From: Ignavibacteriales bacterium
Lineage (GTDB): Bacteria > Bacillota > Sulfobacillia > JABLXB01
NCBI GenBank assembly: GCA_050260105.1
Contig: JBLNBR010000008.1
Location: 2,099 to 66,098 of the forward strand
Direction of reading: 5' to 3'
Length of the DNA stretch: 64,000 nt
Of this stretch, positions 28,871-38,343 are shown one piece after another. A model generated the notes under the pieces. The model was not told the DNA's origin. It was given only the letters and a program-made list of their open reading frames with translations, and did no database searches. The position numbers were made by a program, and so were the translations under genes. Within the stretch, counting starts at the first letter, position 1; each line of letters opens with the position of its first letter.

Positions 28871-29433
28871 CCTTATACTTCCCTTCATCGCGTTTCACGA
28901 TATTCGCCAGCTACGCGGTTTGCGGGTGCCCGCACCGGTTCCACCAGCGTACAGGCCAAGACGCAGCGCCGCGTAAGTATATTGTTCCTACCTTACCATG
29001 CTTCACCCCGTTTGTAAAGAGGTTTTTGGAGAGTGGTAGTGTGGGAGTTGAAAGGAGCCGGGCGAACGCCGCCGAATTATACGCAAACACGAATGTGAGA
29101 TCTGGCTAAAAGTGCGGTGCCGTAGTAAACTCGTAGGAAACACCCCGCGACGTCGTCCTGACCCGCGATCTGCCTCTGTCCCAGAGGTATGGGCTGCTGG
29201 CAGAAATCCGCAAAAACGTCGGTTCGGGGAAGGAATCTCAATTATTTTAGAGAAATTGTGTTAGCCAAGACCCTGGCTGAATGGCTGGATTGTGCTTTGA
29301 GAAAATGGCTCGTTCGCCGGGGTCATCCTGTAAGAGGGGGGATGCTCCTGGTCGAGTTCCACGAGACTATTCGGGGTTGGAAGGTTAGGCCATTCCAGAG
29401 TGCAGCGATCCTGACAGGAGGGGTAGAGAACTA

Positions 29434-30633
29434 ATGATAAGAGGGAAGAAGTTTCTTGCGCTAGTCAGCCTCGTGCTCATTGTGGCGTTCGTCGTCGGCT
29501 GCGTCGGGCAGAAGCCTGCTGAGCAGAAACCGGCAGAACAGAAACCCGCGGAGCAGAAACCCGCGGAGCCGGCCGAAATCAAGATCGGGCTCGTTACGCC
29601 CATCACTGGCGACGTCGCCACATTCGGCGCTATGACGAAGAGGGGCACCGAGCTGGCGGTCAAGCAGATCAATGACAAGGGTGGGGTCCTCGGCAAGAAG
29701 ATCGTCGTTGTCACCGAGGACGACAAGAACCAGCCCACCGAGACTGCCGCGGCCGTGCAGAAGCTCATCACTCAGGACAAGGTCGTCGCCATCGTCGGTT
29801 CGGTCGCTTCCAAGTGCACGCTCGCCGGCGCCCCCATAGCGCAGGCGAACAAGGTGCCCTTGATAAGCCCGACTTCAACCAATGAGAAAGTTACACAGGT
29901 CGGTGAGTACATATTCAGGGCTTGCTTCATCGACCCGTTCCAGGGCGCCGTCATGGCCAAGTTCGCCTGGGAGAACCTGAAGCTGAAGACCGCGGCCTGC
30001 CTCTTCGACGTAACGAACGACTACACGAAGGGTCTAGCCGAAGCGTTCAAGGCCAACTTCGAGAAGCTTGGCGGCAAGGTCGTCGAATATCAGACGTACA
30101 ACGTCGGCGACCAGGACTTCAAACCGCAGTTGACCAAGATCAAGGCACAGAACCCCGATGCGTTGTTCCTGTCCGACTACTACAACACCGTCGGGCTCAT
30201 CGCGAAGCAGGCCAGGGAAATGGGTATCAAGGCCGTCATGCTCGGCGGCGATGGCTGGGATTCGGCTGAGCTCGGCAAGATCGGTGGCACCGCCATCGAG
30301 GGTAACTACTTCTCGAACCACTACTCGAAGGATGCCAAGAACCCCGAGGCCGTGGCGTTCCTCGAGGAGTTCCGCAAGGCGTACAACGAGGATCCGGATG
30401 CGTTGGCGGCGCTCGCCTACGACGCCACTTTGATCCTGCTTGACGGCATCAAGAGGGCCGGCAAGCTCGACGGCGGCGCCATCAAGGACGCCCTGCACGC
30501 TACGAAGGACTTCAAGGCGGTGTCCGGCTCGATCACCATAGACCCGGCGACTCGCAACCCGATCAAGAGCGCGGTCGTGCTCAAGGTCGACAAGGGTGGC
30601 AAGTTCGCGTTCGAGGCGCTGGTTAATCCATAA
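29434..30633 (+). CDS. Branched-chain amino acid ABC transporter substrate-binding lipoprotein (LivJ/LivK family)
   Basis: Lipobox VVGC, KPAEQ x4 linker, then a type I periplasmic-binding fold (IGLVTPITGDVATFG). Confidence 0.85.
   Translation: MIRGKKFLALVSLVLIVAFVVGCVGQKPAEQKPAEQKPAEQKPAEPAEIKIGLVTPITGDVATFGAMTKRGTELAVKQINDKGGVLGKKIVVVTEDDKNQPTETAAAVQKLITQDKVVAIVGSVASKCTLAGAPIAQANKVPLISPTSTNEKVTQVGEYIFRACFIDPFQGAVMAKFAWENLKLKTAACLFDVTNDYTKGLAEAFKANFEKLGGKVVEYQTYNVGDQDFKPQLTKIKAQNPDALFLSDYYNTVGLIAKQAREMGIKAVMLGGDGWDSAELGKIGGTAIEGNYFSNHYSKDAKNPEAVAFLEEFRKAYNEDPDALAALAYDATLILLDGIKRAGKLDGGAIKDALHATKDFKAVSGSITIDPATRNPIKSAVVLKVDKGGKFAFEALVNP
29523..29582 (+). repeat. 4 x 15-bp in-frame tandem repeat encoding KPAEQ-KPAEQ-KPAEQ-KPAEP linker
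   Basis: Read directly: aagcctgctgagcag / aaaccggcagaacag / aaacccgcggagcag / aaacccgcggagccg. Confidence 0.9.
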
Positions 30634-30665
30634 GTCTACTGACAACCGGCTGATAGCAAAGTGGG

Positions 30666-31607
30666 GTGGTTCTCCCGGTGGGAACCACCCCACTGAATGC
30701 GAATTTCCCCCCTGGGAGTGAGAGGGACTTGGTGCAGTTTATCCAGCAGTTGATCAATGGGGTGTCGCTGGGGAGCATCTACGCGCTGATAGCCCTCGGC
30801 TACACTATGGTATACGGGATCGTGAGACTCATCAACTTCGCCCACGGCGAGATATACATGGTCGGCGCGTACGTCGGGTACAAGATCGCCCTGTGGATGG
30901 GGCCGCGCTTTCTCCCCGCACTCATTATAGCAATGGCGGGTTCGGCCCTGCTTGGCGTCACCATTGAGAAAGTCGCGTACAAACCGCTTCGTGCTGCTCC
31001 CAGGATTGCGGCCCTGACAACGGCCATCGGCGTGTCCATCTTCCTGCAGAACTTCGTCAGGAAATTCATCAGCCCGAACTTCCTGGCGTTCCCTGATCTC
31101 ATCGCGAGGAAGACGTACGAAGTCGGGGAGGTGACGTTCTCCAACGTCCAGCTGATTGTGCCGTGCATAGCGGGACTACTCGTTGTGCTGCTGCAATACA
31201 TCGTCCTGAAAACGAAGCCTGGGAAGGCGATGAGGGCGGTCTCCCTGGACAAGGATTGCGCCAGGTTGATGGGAATCGACGTGGACCGCATCATCACGAT
31301 CACATTCGCCCTTGGCTCATCGCTGGCGGCCGCAGCGGGTGTTCTTGTGGGTATCGCCTATCCGCGGATTGACCCCTACATGGGCGTGATGGCGGGACTG
31401 AAGGCGTTCGTCTCCGCCGTTCTCGGCGGCATAGGCATCATCCCGGGCGCCGCGCTGGGAGGCCTTTTCATGGGGCTTGCCGAGGTCATGGCAGTTCACT
31501 TCATCAACTCCGCGTTCAAGGACGCGGTGGCGTTCGTCATACTCATCATCGTCCTGCTCGTCAAACCCTCCGGCCTGCTGGGCAAGTACGCCAGCGAGAA
31601 AGTGTAG
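30666..31607 (+). CDS. livH: Branched-chain amino acid ABC transporter permease (LivH-type)
   Basis: Polytopic membrane protein. Position and size match the LivH family. Confidence 0.8.
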   Translation: MVLPVGTTPLNANFPPGSERDLVQFIQQLINGVSLGSIYALIALGYTMVYGIVRLINFAHGEIYMVGAYVGYKIALWMGPRFLPALIIAMAGSALLGVTIEKVAYKPLRAAPRIAALTTAIGVSIFLQNFVRKFISPNFLAFPDLIARKTYEVGEVTFSNVQLIVPCIAGLLVVLLQYIVLKTKPGKAMRAVSLDKDCARLMGIDVDRIITITFALGSSLAAAAGVLVGIAYPRIDPYMGVMAGLKAFVSAVLGGIGIIPGAALGGLFMGLAEVMAVHFINSAFKDAVAFVILIIVLLVKPSGLLGKYASEKV

Positions 31608-31618
31608 GTGAGACGGAC

Positions 31619-32641
31619 ATGCCAAAGACGAATGGGAGACTCTCGATGGGTTCGGGATTCCTGCGCACGTTCGTTACACCTGTAGTCCTGATGTTGATCC
31701 TGTACCAAATCATCGTCGCACTGTTTGGGTCCAACGACTACTACATGTACGTCCTCACGCTGTCGTGCATGAACGTCATACTGGCCACGAGCCTCAACTT
31801 GATCAATGGATTCACCGGGCAGTTTTCCCTCGGGCACGCCGGCTTCATGGCCGTCGGGGCCTACGTCGCGGGCTCACTCACGAAATTCCTCGGCTGGCAG
31901 TTCGTCCCGGCTCTGGTCATTGGGGCCCTGGGGGCGGCTGCGGCGGGCATTCTCGTCGGCCTTCCCACCCTGCGCTTGAAGGGAGACTACCTCGCCATCG
32001 CGACGCTGGGATTCGGCGAGATTATCAGGATGCTGATCGTCGCCTCGGACCAGATTGGGATGAAGTTCCTTGAAGGACCCCGGGGAGTCATGGGTATAGT
32101 GAGATATACGTCGTTTGGATGGGCGTTCACGCTGGCCGCCATATCCATCTGGCTGCTCGCAAACTTCATCTGGTCGACCCACGGCAGGGCCTGCGTATCG
32201 GTGCGCGAGGACGAGATTGCCGCCGAGGCGATGGGCGTTAACACCACCAAGTATAAGGTGATGGCGTTCTGCATCGGCGCAGGGTTCGCGGGACTCGCCG
32301 GTGGGTTGCACGCCCACTTCCTTCAGCTGCTGCACCCCTCGTCGTACGACTTCCTGAAATCTGTTGACTACCTCGTCATGGTGGTTGTCGGAGGAATGGG
32401 AAGCCTCACTGGAGCGGCGTTCGCCGCAATATTCCTGACTGTGTTCAACGAGGTCTTGCGGAGGGCGCTTGAATTGAGGATGTTGATCTACGCTGTCTGC
32501 CTGATCATCATCATGCTCAACCGGCCGCAGGGCCTGCTGGGCGGCAGGGAGTTCAGCCTCGGCGTGTTCAAGTACCTGGTCCCCTCGTACGGGCGAACGA
32601 GGGGCACAAAGGCTGGGAGTGGTGAGCATGGCGCTGCTTGA
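31619..32641 (+). CDS. livM: Branched-chain amino acid ABC transporter permease (LivM-type)
   Basis: Polytopic, and paralogous in layout to the upstream permease. Confidence 0.8.
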   Translation: MPKTNGRLSMGSGFLRTFVTPVVLMLILYQIIVALFGSNDYYMYVLTLSCMNVILATSLNLINGFTGQFSLGHAGFMAVGAYVAGSLTKFLGWQFVPALVIGALGAAAAGILVGLPTLRLKGDYLAIATLGFGEIIRMLIVASDQIGMKFLEGPRGVMGIVRYTSFGWAFTLAAISIWLLANFIWSTHGRACVSVREDEIAAEAMGVNTTKYKVMAFCIGAGFAGLAGGLHAHFLQLLHPSSYDFLKSVDYLVMVVVGGMGSLTGAAFAAIFLTVFNEVLRRALELRMLIYAVCLIIIMLNRPQGLLGGREFSLGVFKYLVPSYGRTRGTKAGSGEHGAA

Positions 32642-33395
32642 CATACGCAATCTGACGATCAACTTCGGTGGGCTGCGGGCCGTCTCCGGGTTCAGTATGA
32701 GCCTCGAGAAGGGCGACCTGAAGGGCCTGATAGGACCAAACGGCGCAGGCAAGACCACGGTGTTCAACATGCTTACCGGCGTCTATCGCCCCGACGAGGG
32801 CGAGATCTCCCTCGGCGGTAAGTCAGTCGTGGGGTTGAAGCCCCACCAGATCGCGGCCGCCGGAATGTCGAGGACTTTCCAGAACATCCGGCTTTTCAAG
32901 GGACTGACGGTCCTGGATAACGTGAGGATCGCGCTGAATCTCACGGCGACATGCAGTATCCCGGAATCGGTGTTCCGGTTCCCGAGATTCTACTCGGAGG
33001 AGAACAGGATAACCGCCCGCGCCGAAGAGCTTCTGGGGCTGTTCAGGCTGGCGGACAAGAAGGACGCGATCGCGTCGAGCCTGCCATACGGCGAACAGAG
33101 AAGGCTGGAGATCGCTCGCGCCCTCGCCACGAGCCCGAAGGTACTGCTACTCGACGAGCCTGCGGCGGGCATGAACCCCCAGGAGACCCAGGAGCTCATG
33201 GGGCTGATACAGTGGGTCAACAAGGAATTCGATCTTACCATACTCCTCATCGAGCACCACATGGAGGTCGTGATGGGGGTCTGCCAGAGGATCCAGGTCC
33301 TCGACTACGGCGAGACGATCGCGGAGGGTTCGCCCAACGAGATCAAGCGCAACCCCAGAGTCATCGAGGCCTATCTGGGGGAGGAGGTCCACTGA
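32619..33395 (+). CDS. livG: ABC transporter ATP-binding protein (LivG-type)
   Basis: Walker A GPNGAGKTT, ABC signature LPYGEQRRLE, Walker B LLLDEPAAG. Confidence 0.85.
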   Translation: MVSMALLDIRNLTINFGGLRAVSGFSMSLEKGDLKGLIGPNGAGKTTVFNMLTGVYRPDEGEISLGGKSVVGLKPHQIAAAGMSRTFQNIRLFKGLTVLDNVRIALNLTATCSIPESVFRFPRFYSEENRITARAEELLGLFRLADKKDAIASSLPYGEQRRLEIARALATSPKVLLLDEPAAGMNPQETQELMGLIQWVNKEFDLTILLIEHHMEVVMGVCQRIQVLDYGETIAEGSPNEIKRNPRVIEAYLGEEVH

Positions 33396-33396
33396 G

Positions 33397-34104
33397 ATGA
33401 TGCTCGAGATCAATGACCTGAACGTCTACTATGGGGCAATCCACGCCCTCAAGGGGATCTCCTTGAAGGTCGAGGAAGGGGAGATCGTGACCCTTATCGG
33501 CGCCAACGGCGCCGGCAAGAGCACCTGCCTTAAGACCATCTCAGGCCTCCTGCGGACGAAGACCGGCGACATAATCTTCGCAGGCAGATCCATCAAGGAC
33601 GTGGCCGCCCACAAGATCACGGAAATGGGGATAGCCCACATACCGGAGGGCCGGCGAGTGTTCTCCAACATGACGGTGTTGGAGAACCTGGAACTCGGCG
33701 CATACAGCCGAAACGACAAACAGGGTATAGCGGATGACATGCAGAGGGTGTTCAAGAGGTTCCCGCGGCTCCTCGAGAGGAAGAACCAGCTGGCGGGAAC
33801 CCTGAGCGGCGGCGAGCAGCAGATGTTGTCCATGGGCAGGGGCCTCATGGTGAGGCCGAAAATCCTGTTGCTGGACGAACCGTCGATGGGCCTGGCGCCC
33901 CTGCTCGTGCGCGAGATTTTCGATATCATCAGGGAAATCAACGCCGCCGGTACCACAGTGCTTCTCGTCGAGCAAAACGCTCACATGGCCTTGTCCATAG
34001 CCCAGAGAGCGTACGTGCTCGAGACCGGTACCATAGCCCTTGAAGGTCCGGCAAACGAGCTCAGGCAAAACCCACACGTCAAGAAGGCCTATCTGGGAGA
34101 GTGA
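33397..34104 (+). CDS. livF: ABC transporter ATP-binding protein (LivF-type)
   Basis: Walker A GANGAGKST, signature LSGGEQQML, Walker B LLLDEPSMG. Confidence 0.85.
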   Translation: MMLEINDLNVYYGAIHALKGISLKVEEGEIVTLIGANGAGKSTCLKTISGLLRTKTGDIIFAGRSIKDVAAHKITEMGIAHIPEGRRVFSNMTVLENLELGAYSRNDKQGIADDMQRVFKRFPRLLERKNQLAGTLSGGEQQMLSMGRGLMVRPKILLLDEPSMGLAPLLVREIFDIIREINAAGTTVLLVEQNAHMALSIAQRAYVLETGTIALEGPANELRQNPHVKKAYLGE

Positions 34105-34137
34105 CCGGACAAGGCGCAAGGTAGCTGGAGAGCATGG

Positions 34138-34166
34138 CCGGTGCAGCAATGTCGTGTCTGCACCGG
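34138..34166. terminator. Hairpin (CCGGTGCAG-11 nt-CTGCACCGG) between convergent livF and DUF4097 gene
   Basis: 9-bp perfect inverted repeat read directly. Confidence 0.45.
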
Positions 34167-34194
34167 CCTCTGTATTCGGCCGCCTCCAACCGGG

Positions 34195-35118
34195 TCATGG
34201 GCGTTCCACGTTAAGTCTGCTCACCGCCGACGAGACCCTTACGTCCACTGTGCTCCTTGCCGTGGCGAAGTTGTCTGATACCCAGAAATCGCCGCTTTTC
34301 TTCAGACCCGAGTCGCTGAGGTTCCCCCCGGTGGCCGCGCTGGACACCTTGACCCTGATGCCGACAGGCGCCGGTACAACCAGCGTTATGTCCGCGGCGC
34401 CCGTAGACATGGACACGTCCGTCTGGAGGCCGTGGTCTCCAAAAAACACTCTGAACTGGCCGGCTCCCGTGTCCACTCTCAGGGCCGACAGTTTGACATC
34501 GGAGAAATCCATGTCAGCCCGCCCCGCCCCCGCGTCGATTGTGAGCGAGATCGGCACCGCGTTGGTCAGCCTCATGAGCCATTTCGGAGCGGGACCGCCG
34601 GAGCGCCTGCCCGCGAGTCCGCCCTTCAGGTTGACTACGGCCCTCGAGCCTTCGCGCCTGTATGAGATCTGGGGCTCACTCCCGATGTAGTCGAGATCAC
34701 CCTCGATGAGGTTGGCCGCGCCCCCCTTGATCTCGATGTTGCCGGCGCTGAGGTCCACCGAGACGTCCGCCGAAGCGACACCCTGTTCGAGAGGCTCCTC
34801 CACGTGGGACGTGCCGGACTCCAGGCGGTCGCGTTCATTCACCGGCGGACCCCAGTGCCTGTCCCAGAACTCCGGCCCGACAAAGTCCAGCGGGATCCTG
34901 GCGGCGTTGAGCCCGATGAGCACCACCATGACCAGGATGAGCACTCCCGGCACCCTTCGCCTGAGCAACACAAGCAGGCCTATGAGTACGAGGATGACCG
35001 GCCAGAACCGCGACGCGTCGAGCCAGACACGCCAGCTGAGGTAGCCCAGGGTGTTGCCGAGAAGAAGCAACCCAAGGGCAACGAGCACGATTCCCTCCAC
35101 AAGTCGCCCCCTGCTCAT
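34195..35118 (-). CDS. DUF4097/LiaG-like putative adhesin-fold envelope stress protein
   Basis: N-terminal TM, then beta-solenoid-like repeats ([22 protein letters not shown]…). ATGA overlap with the PspC-domain gene. Confidence 0.6.
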   Translation of the reverse strand: MSRGRLVEGIVLVALGLLLLGNTLGYLSWRVWLDASRFWPVILVLIGLLVLLRRRVPGVLILVMVVLIGLNAARIPLDFVGPEFWDRHWGPPVNERDRLESGTSHVEEPLEQGVASADVSVDLSAGNIEIKGGAANLIEGDLDYIGSEPQISYRREGSRAVVNLKGGLAGRRSGGPAPKWLMRLTNAVPISLTIDAGAGRADMDFSDVKLSALRVDTGAGQFRVFFGDHGLQTDVSMSTGAADITLVVPAPVGIRVKVSSAATGGNLSDSGLKKSGDFWVSDNFATARSTVDVRVSSAVSRLNVERP

Positions 35119-35648
35119 TTCGTAGACCTCCTTGCCAGTATCGCCACGCCGATGGCTACGAACACCAGCGGCCATAGTTTGTCAAGACGGAGCCACCACA
35201 GGTGCGACCACAGCCAGGGCGGCAGGAACTGCCTTACCAGGAAGTACCCTCCGATCGCTATGAGGATGTATCCGAAAAGCTGGGGTCCGGTTGTCCTGCC
35301 CCCGGGTTTGTCGATCTCCTCCACGAGCCCTTCAAACCGCTCTTCGAGGGAATCCTGCGGTGCGGGACCCTCTGACTGCGGGACTTCTCCCTCGCGGCGG
35401 CCCGCATCACTACCCACCTGCCCGGCGCCCGCCGTGCCGTGGCCCGGCGCGGGGGAACCGTACTTGGGTTCCTCCGGGATGACTATGGCCGCCACGATGT
35501 ATGCTGGAAGGCCCCAGCCACCCATGATGAGGCCGAGCACGAAGAGCAGCCTGACAAGCGCCACATCTACCTCAAAGTACCTGGCGAGCCCTCCGCACAC
35601 GCCGAAAATCATCTTATCCGTCCTTGACCTATAGAGCTTTTTCATCAT
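35115..35648 (-). CDS. PspC-domain membrane protein
   Basis: [28 protein letters not shown] is the canonical PspC domain N-terminus. Confidence 0.8.
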   Translation of the reverse strand: MMKKLYRSRTDKMIFGVCGGLARYFEVDVALVRLLFVLGLIMGGWGLPAYIVAAIVIPEEPKYGSPAPGHGTAGAGQVGSDAGRREGEVPQSEGPAPQDSLEERFEGLVEEIDKPGGRTTGPQLFGYILIAIGGYFLVRQFLPPWLWSHLWWLRLDKLWPLVFVAIGVAILARRSTK

Positions 35649-35711
35649 CCTTGTCTCCCTTCCCGTAACGTCGGTTTTCGAGCAACCGCGAAGCCCGGTT
35701 CAACCAGGCAA

Positions 35712-36215
35712 TCATGAGGCAAACCGCCTGCTTCCGCCCGCTGCCAGGACGATCCCTGACAGCACCAGCAGAACGGCCACCCAGATCAATGCCGCCTGTG
35801 GAATCCCCAGGACCAGCCAGACGGTCGTCCAGCCACCGGAGGATATGCCCCTTATCAGGCGCATCACAGCAGTGGCGTAGGCTGCGTTGGCCATCAGGCC
35901 GACCACCAGGGCGTTCGCCCTCTGCAGCATCACCGCGGACAGGATGTAACCGGCCGCGACTGACGACGCCAGCCATACCAGGTAGAGTACTCGCTCCCCG
36001 ATACCAAGCCGGACGCCGCCCAGGGCATACATCACCCTGGGCGCCAGGTCCTGCGGTGGTGTCTCCATGCCGGCCTCGCGCAGGGCGGACCGCAGACACT
36101 CCATCTGTCTCAACAGACCGGCGCAACGCCTGCAATCCCTCACGTGTTCGGGGAGGCCGGGGACCTCGACGCCGTCCAGATAAGCGTCCAGTTCCTGCTC
36201 GTCAAAACACCGCAT
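35712..36215 (-). CDS. Anti-sigma factor, zinc-finger (zf-HC2-like) with membrane anchor
   Basis: HVRDCRRCAGLL (H-x3-C-x2-C) N-terminus followed by TM segments. Lies immediately downstream of the ECF sigma. Confidence 0.65.
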   Translation of the reverse strand: MRCFDEQELDAYLDGVEVPGLPEHVRDCRRCAGLLRQMECLRSALREAGMETPPQDLAPRVMYALGGVRLGIGERVLYLVWLASSVAAGYILSAVMLQRANALVVGLMANAAYATAVMRLIRGISSGGWTTVWLVLGIPQAALIWVAVLLVLSGIVLAAGGSRRFAS

Positions 36216-36219
36216 CGAG

Positions 36220-36810
36220 TCAACCTCCTCCTTCCGTATGGTTTGCCAGTACTCCGGCCAGTCTCTCCCGGAGCATTTTTCTCGCCCTGAACAGCCTGTT
36301 CTTCACGACTGTCACGTTCAAGCCGGTGACTGCGGAGACTTCCGCCAGCGAAAGCCCCTGGATGTGGAACAGTTCCACGAGGATCCGGTACCCCGGGGCC
36401 AGGCCCATGATGGCTTCTCTCACGCGGCGGTTACGCTCGCCTTCCTCGGCGAGTTCCGCGGGTCCTGGCGAAACGTCGGGGATGTCCGCCGCAAGCGCTT
36501 CACCGGCGGCCACAGGACGCTTGTGCCGGAGAAAATCCGTTGCGGTGTTCGCAGTCACCGCGAGGAGCCAAGGCCTGAACGGGCTGCCCCTCCGGAAAGT
36601 CGGCAGGGAACGAAAGGCCTTTAGAAACGCCTCCTGCGCAACGTCCATTGCGTCATCCGCGTTCCCGGTCACCCGGAGCGCCAGGCTGTAGACCGGCCTC
36701 TGATACGCCACCACGAGGCCCTCGAAGGCCTCCGTGTCGCCGGACAGACAGCGGCCTATCAGCGCTTCGTCGTTCACTGCGTTCCCTCCAACTGAATATA
36801 CGGATTCCAT
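36220..36810 (-). CDS. ECF-type RNA polymerase sigma-70 family factor
   Basis: Region 2 LVVAYQRPVYSLALRVTGNADDAMDVAQEAFLKAF and region 4 GLSLAEVSAVTGLNVTVVKNRLFRARKMLRE. Confidence 0.85.
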   Translation of the reverse strand: MESVYSVGGNAVNDEALIGRCLSGDTEAFEGLVVAYQRPVYSLALRVTGNADDAMDVAQEAFLKAFRSLPTFRRGSPFRPWLLAVTANTATDFLRHKRPVAAGEALAADIPDVSPGPAELAEEGERNRRVREAIMGLAPGYRILVELFHIQGLSLAEVSAVTGLNVTVVKNRLFRARKMLRERLAGVLANHTEGGG

Positions 36811-36958
36811 GTACGAAGGTCTGATATACTGCCCAGACTAATGGTGGATGTGGAAGGTCCCCGCGCCCAGCCGTTGAAAGATCTTGTCCAGCAAGCGACG
36901 CTGATCAGGCAAGCATGGACCTGCCCCTGAACCCGGATGTCAACCAAACACACGTTTG

Positions 36959-36991
36959 TTATTCACAGGCTGTGTATAAACCTGTGGATAA
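36959..36991. promoter_or_regulatory. 21-bp near-perfect palindrome TTATTCACA-ggc-TGTGTATAA plus a third half-site TGTGGATAA at 12-bp phasing (DnaA-box-like 9-mers)
   Basis: Read directly in the divergent intergenic region between the ECF sigma and NUDIX genes. TGTGGATAA is the reverse complement of consensus DnaA box TTATCCACA. Confidence 0.5.
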
Positions 36992-37092
36992 CCTGGGTTT
37001 ACCATGTGCACTGGGCGCGAGTTGCCCAAGGGTCGAGACCTTCGGAGTTTGTCGAATCGGTTGCTCCGGTTGACGGAAAGGGATGATGGGAG

Positions 37093-37557
37093 TTGACCAA
37101 AGAAGTATCCGCCGGAGGGGTAGTGTTTTCCTGCGAACCGGCGGACGATGGCCGGGGCTCCGGCCGGTCCGCGCCGAAAGTACTGATGATAAAGGACAGC
37201 TACGGCAAGTGGACGTTCCCCAAGGGATTGATCGAAAAGGGCGAAACCCCCGAGGTGGCGGCGCTGCGGGAAGTGCGCGAAGAAACGGGCGTGAGCGGCG
37301 TGATTGAAAGAGACCTCAGCAGCGTGAACTACTTCTACACGCTGAACAAGCAGGTCATTTCGAAGACGGTGTACTACTTCCTGGTCAGGTCCGACCGGAC
37401 GGATCCCGTCCCTCAACTGTCGGAGATACTGGACGCCAGATGGGTCGAACCCGGGGAAGCACTTGGATTGAGCGGTTACGAGAACAACCTCGGGGTGCTC
37501 AAGGAAGCCATTGCGGCCATTGAGGCCATTGAAGGAACGTCGGGGGACAAGTCGTAG
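37093..37557 (+). CDS. NUDIX hydrolase
   Basis: NUDIX box GLIEKGETPEVAALREVREETGV (Gx5Ex7REUxEExGU). TTG start. Confidence 0.8.
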   Translation: MTKEVSAGGVVFSCEPADDGRGSGRSAPKVLMIKDSYGKWTFPKGLIEKGETPEVAALREVREETGVSGVIERDLSSVNYFYTLNKQVISKTVYYFLVRSDRTDPVPQLSEILDARWVEPGEALGLSGYENNLGVLKEAIAAIEAIEGTSGDKS

Positions 37558-37701
37558 GCCTTCGTGTTTCGCCGGGCTATCCCCGCTTTTCTTCGTGTCG
37601 AAAGGTGGGCTGACTTGTCGCACAAATCGGTCCCGTAACTGGAAGAGAGTGGCAGGACAAGCGGGATTGCCAACCGAATTACTGAAGCACGAAGGGGGCC
37701 G

Positions 37702-38283
37702 GTGGCCGCAACCCGAGGGGTGAAGTATACGAAACGGCCCTACAAGGCGTTTGCGGTCCCGGCTTTCGCTATTGTGGCGACACTTGCGGCTCTTACCCGC
37801 GCCTTCGCCCGGAGTCCGGCCGGTACCCTGAAGATCCCTGTCATAGTGGTAGAGGCGTTCCCTGCATGCAGTCAGGGTCAGGGGCCCGAGACTGCGGAGG
37901 GAACGCCTTTTGTCTGCCTGCAGGAGGGGGACGATTCCTCCGCGATGGAGATCCCTCCGGGGTGCAGGTGGGCGATGCTCGTCGCAGACGGTACGGGTGG
38001 CCGGTTCCTAGCAAGATGGCTGTACGCGGGGTGGCGGCCCGCCCTGCGCGCCAGCTTGGGCGAGGGGGCAGTCTCCAGGGAGATCGTCGCCGTACTACTG
38101 CCCGGTGGGCGAGCCCTTGTGGTTCCAGGCGGGCGGAACAACAGGCAGGCCGTCATCCTCTCCCCGGGTGAGTCCTGGGGGGACGTGATCGCCGGGGCCG
38201 CCGCAGACCCGGCGGGCGACACGGTAATCAGGGCGCACAATCTTGGCAGGATAGGGGCGGTAGTGGCCGACCGCGATGAGTGA
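37702..38283 (+). CDS. Hypothetical exported protein
   Basis: N-terminal hydrophobic signal/anchor segment. No recognised domain. Confidence 0.45.
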   Translation: MAATRGVKYTKRPYKAFAVPAFAIVATLAALTRAFARSPAGTLKIPVIVVEAFPACSQGQGPETAEGTPFVCLQEGDDSSAMEIPPGCRWAMLVADGTGGRFLARWLYAGWRPALRASLGEGAVSREIVAVLLPGGRALVVPGGRNNRQAVILSPGESWGDVIAGAAADPAGDTVIRAHNLGRIGAVVADRDE

Positions 38284-38343
38284 TCCCGCGAGCCACGTGA
38301 AAGGACTCAGTCACCATGAGGGGGTTTTAACATCAGACGGTTT

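Noticed and set aside
29000-29433. Second T-box or riboswitch in the plus-strand liv operon leader.
   Set aside because: No AGGGTGG/T-box core or other recognisable riboswitch motif was found on the plus strand. It is left as an unusually long (~400 nt) leader.
29385-29771. Minus-strand ORF with AGFCSAGFCSAGFC repeats.
   Set aside because: It is the reverse-frame mirror of the KPAEQ-coding tandem repeat of the LivJ-like lipoprotein gene. The plus-strand gene has a clear lipobox and periplasmic-binding-protein fold.
36940-37000. Cluster of DnaA-box-like 9-mers as a possible chromosomal origin.
   Set aside because: Only three boxes. There is no dnaA/dnaN, no AT-rich unwinding element, and the boxes sit in an ordinary divergent promoter region. 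Kept only as a regulatory-site finding.
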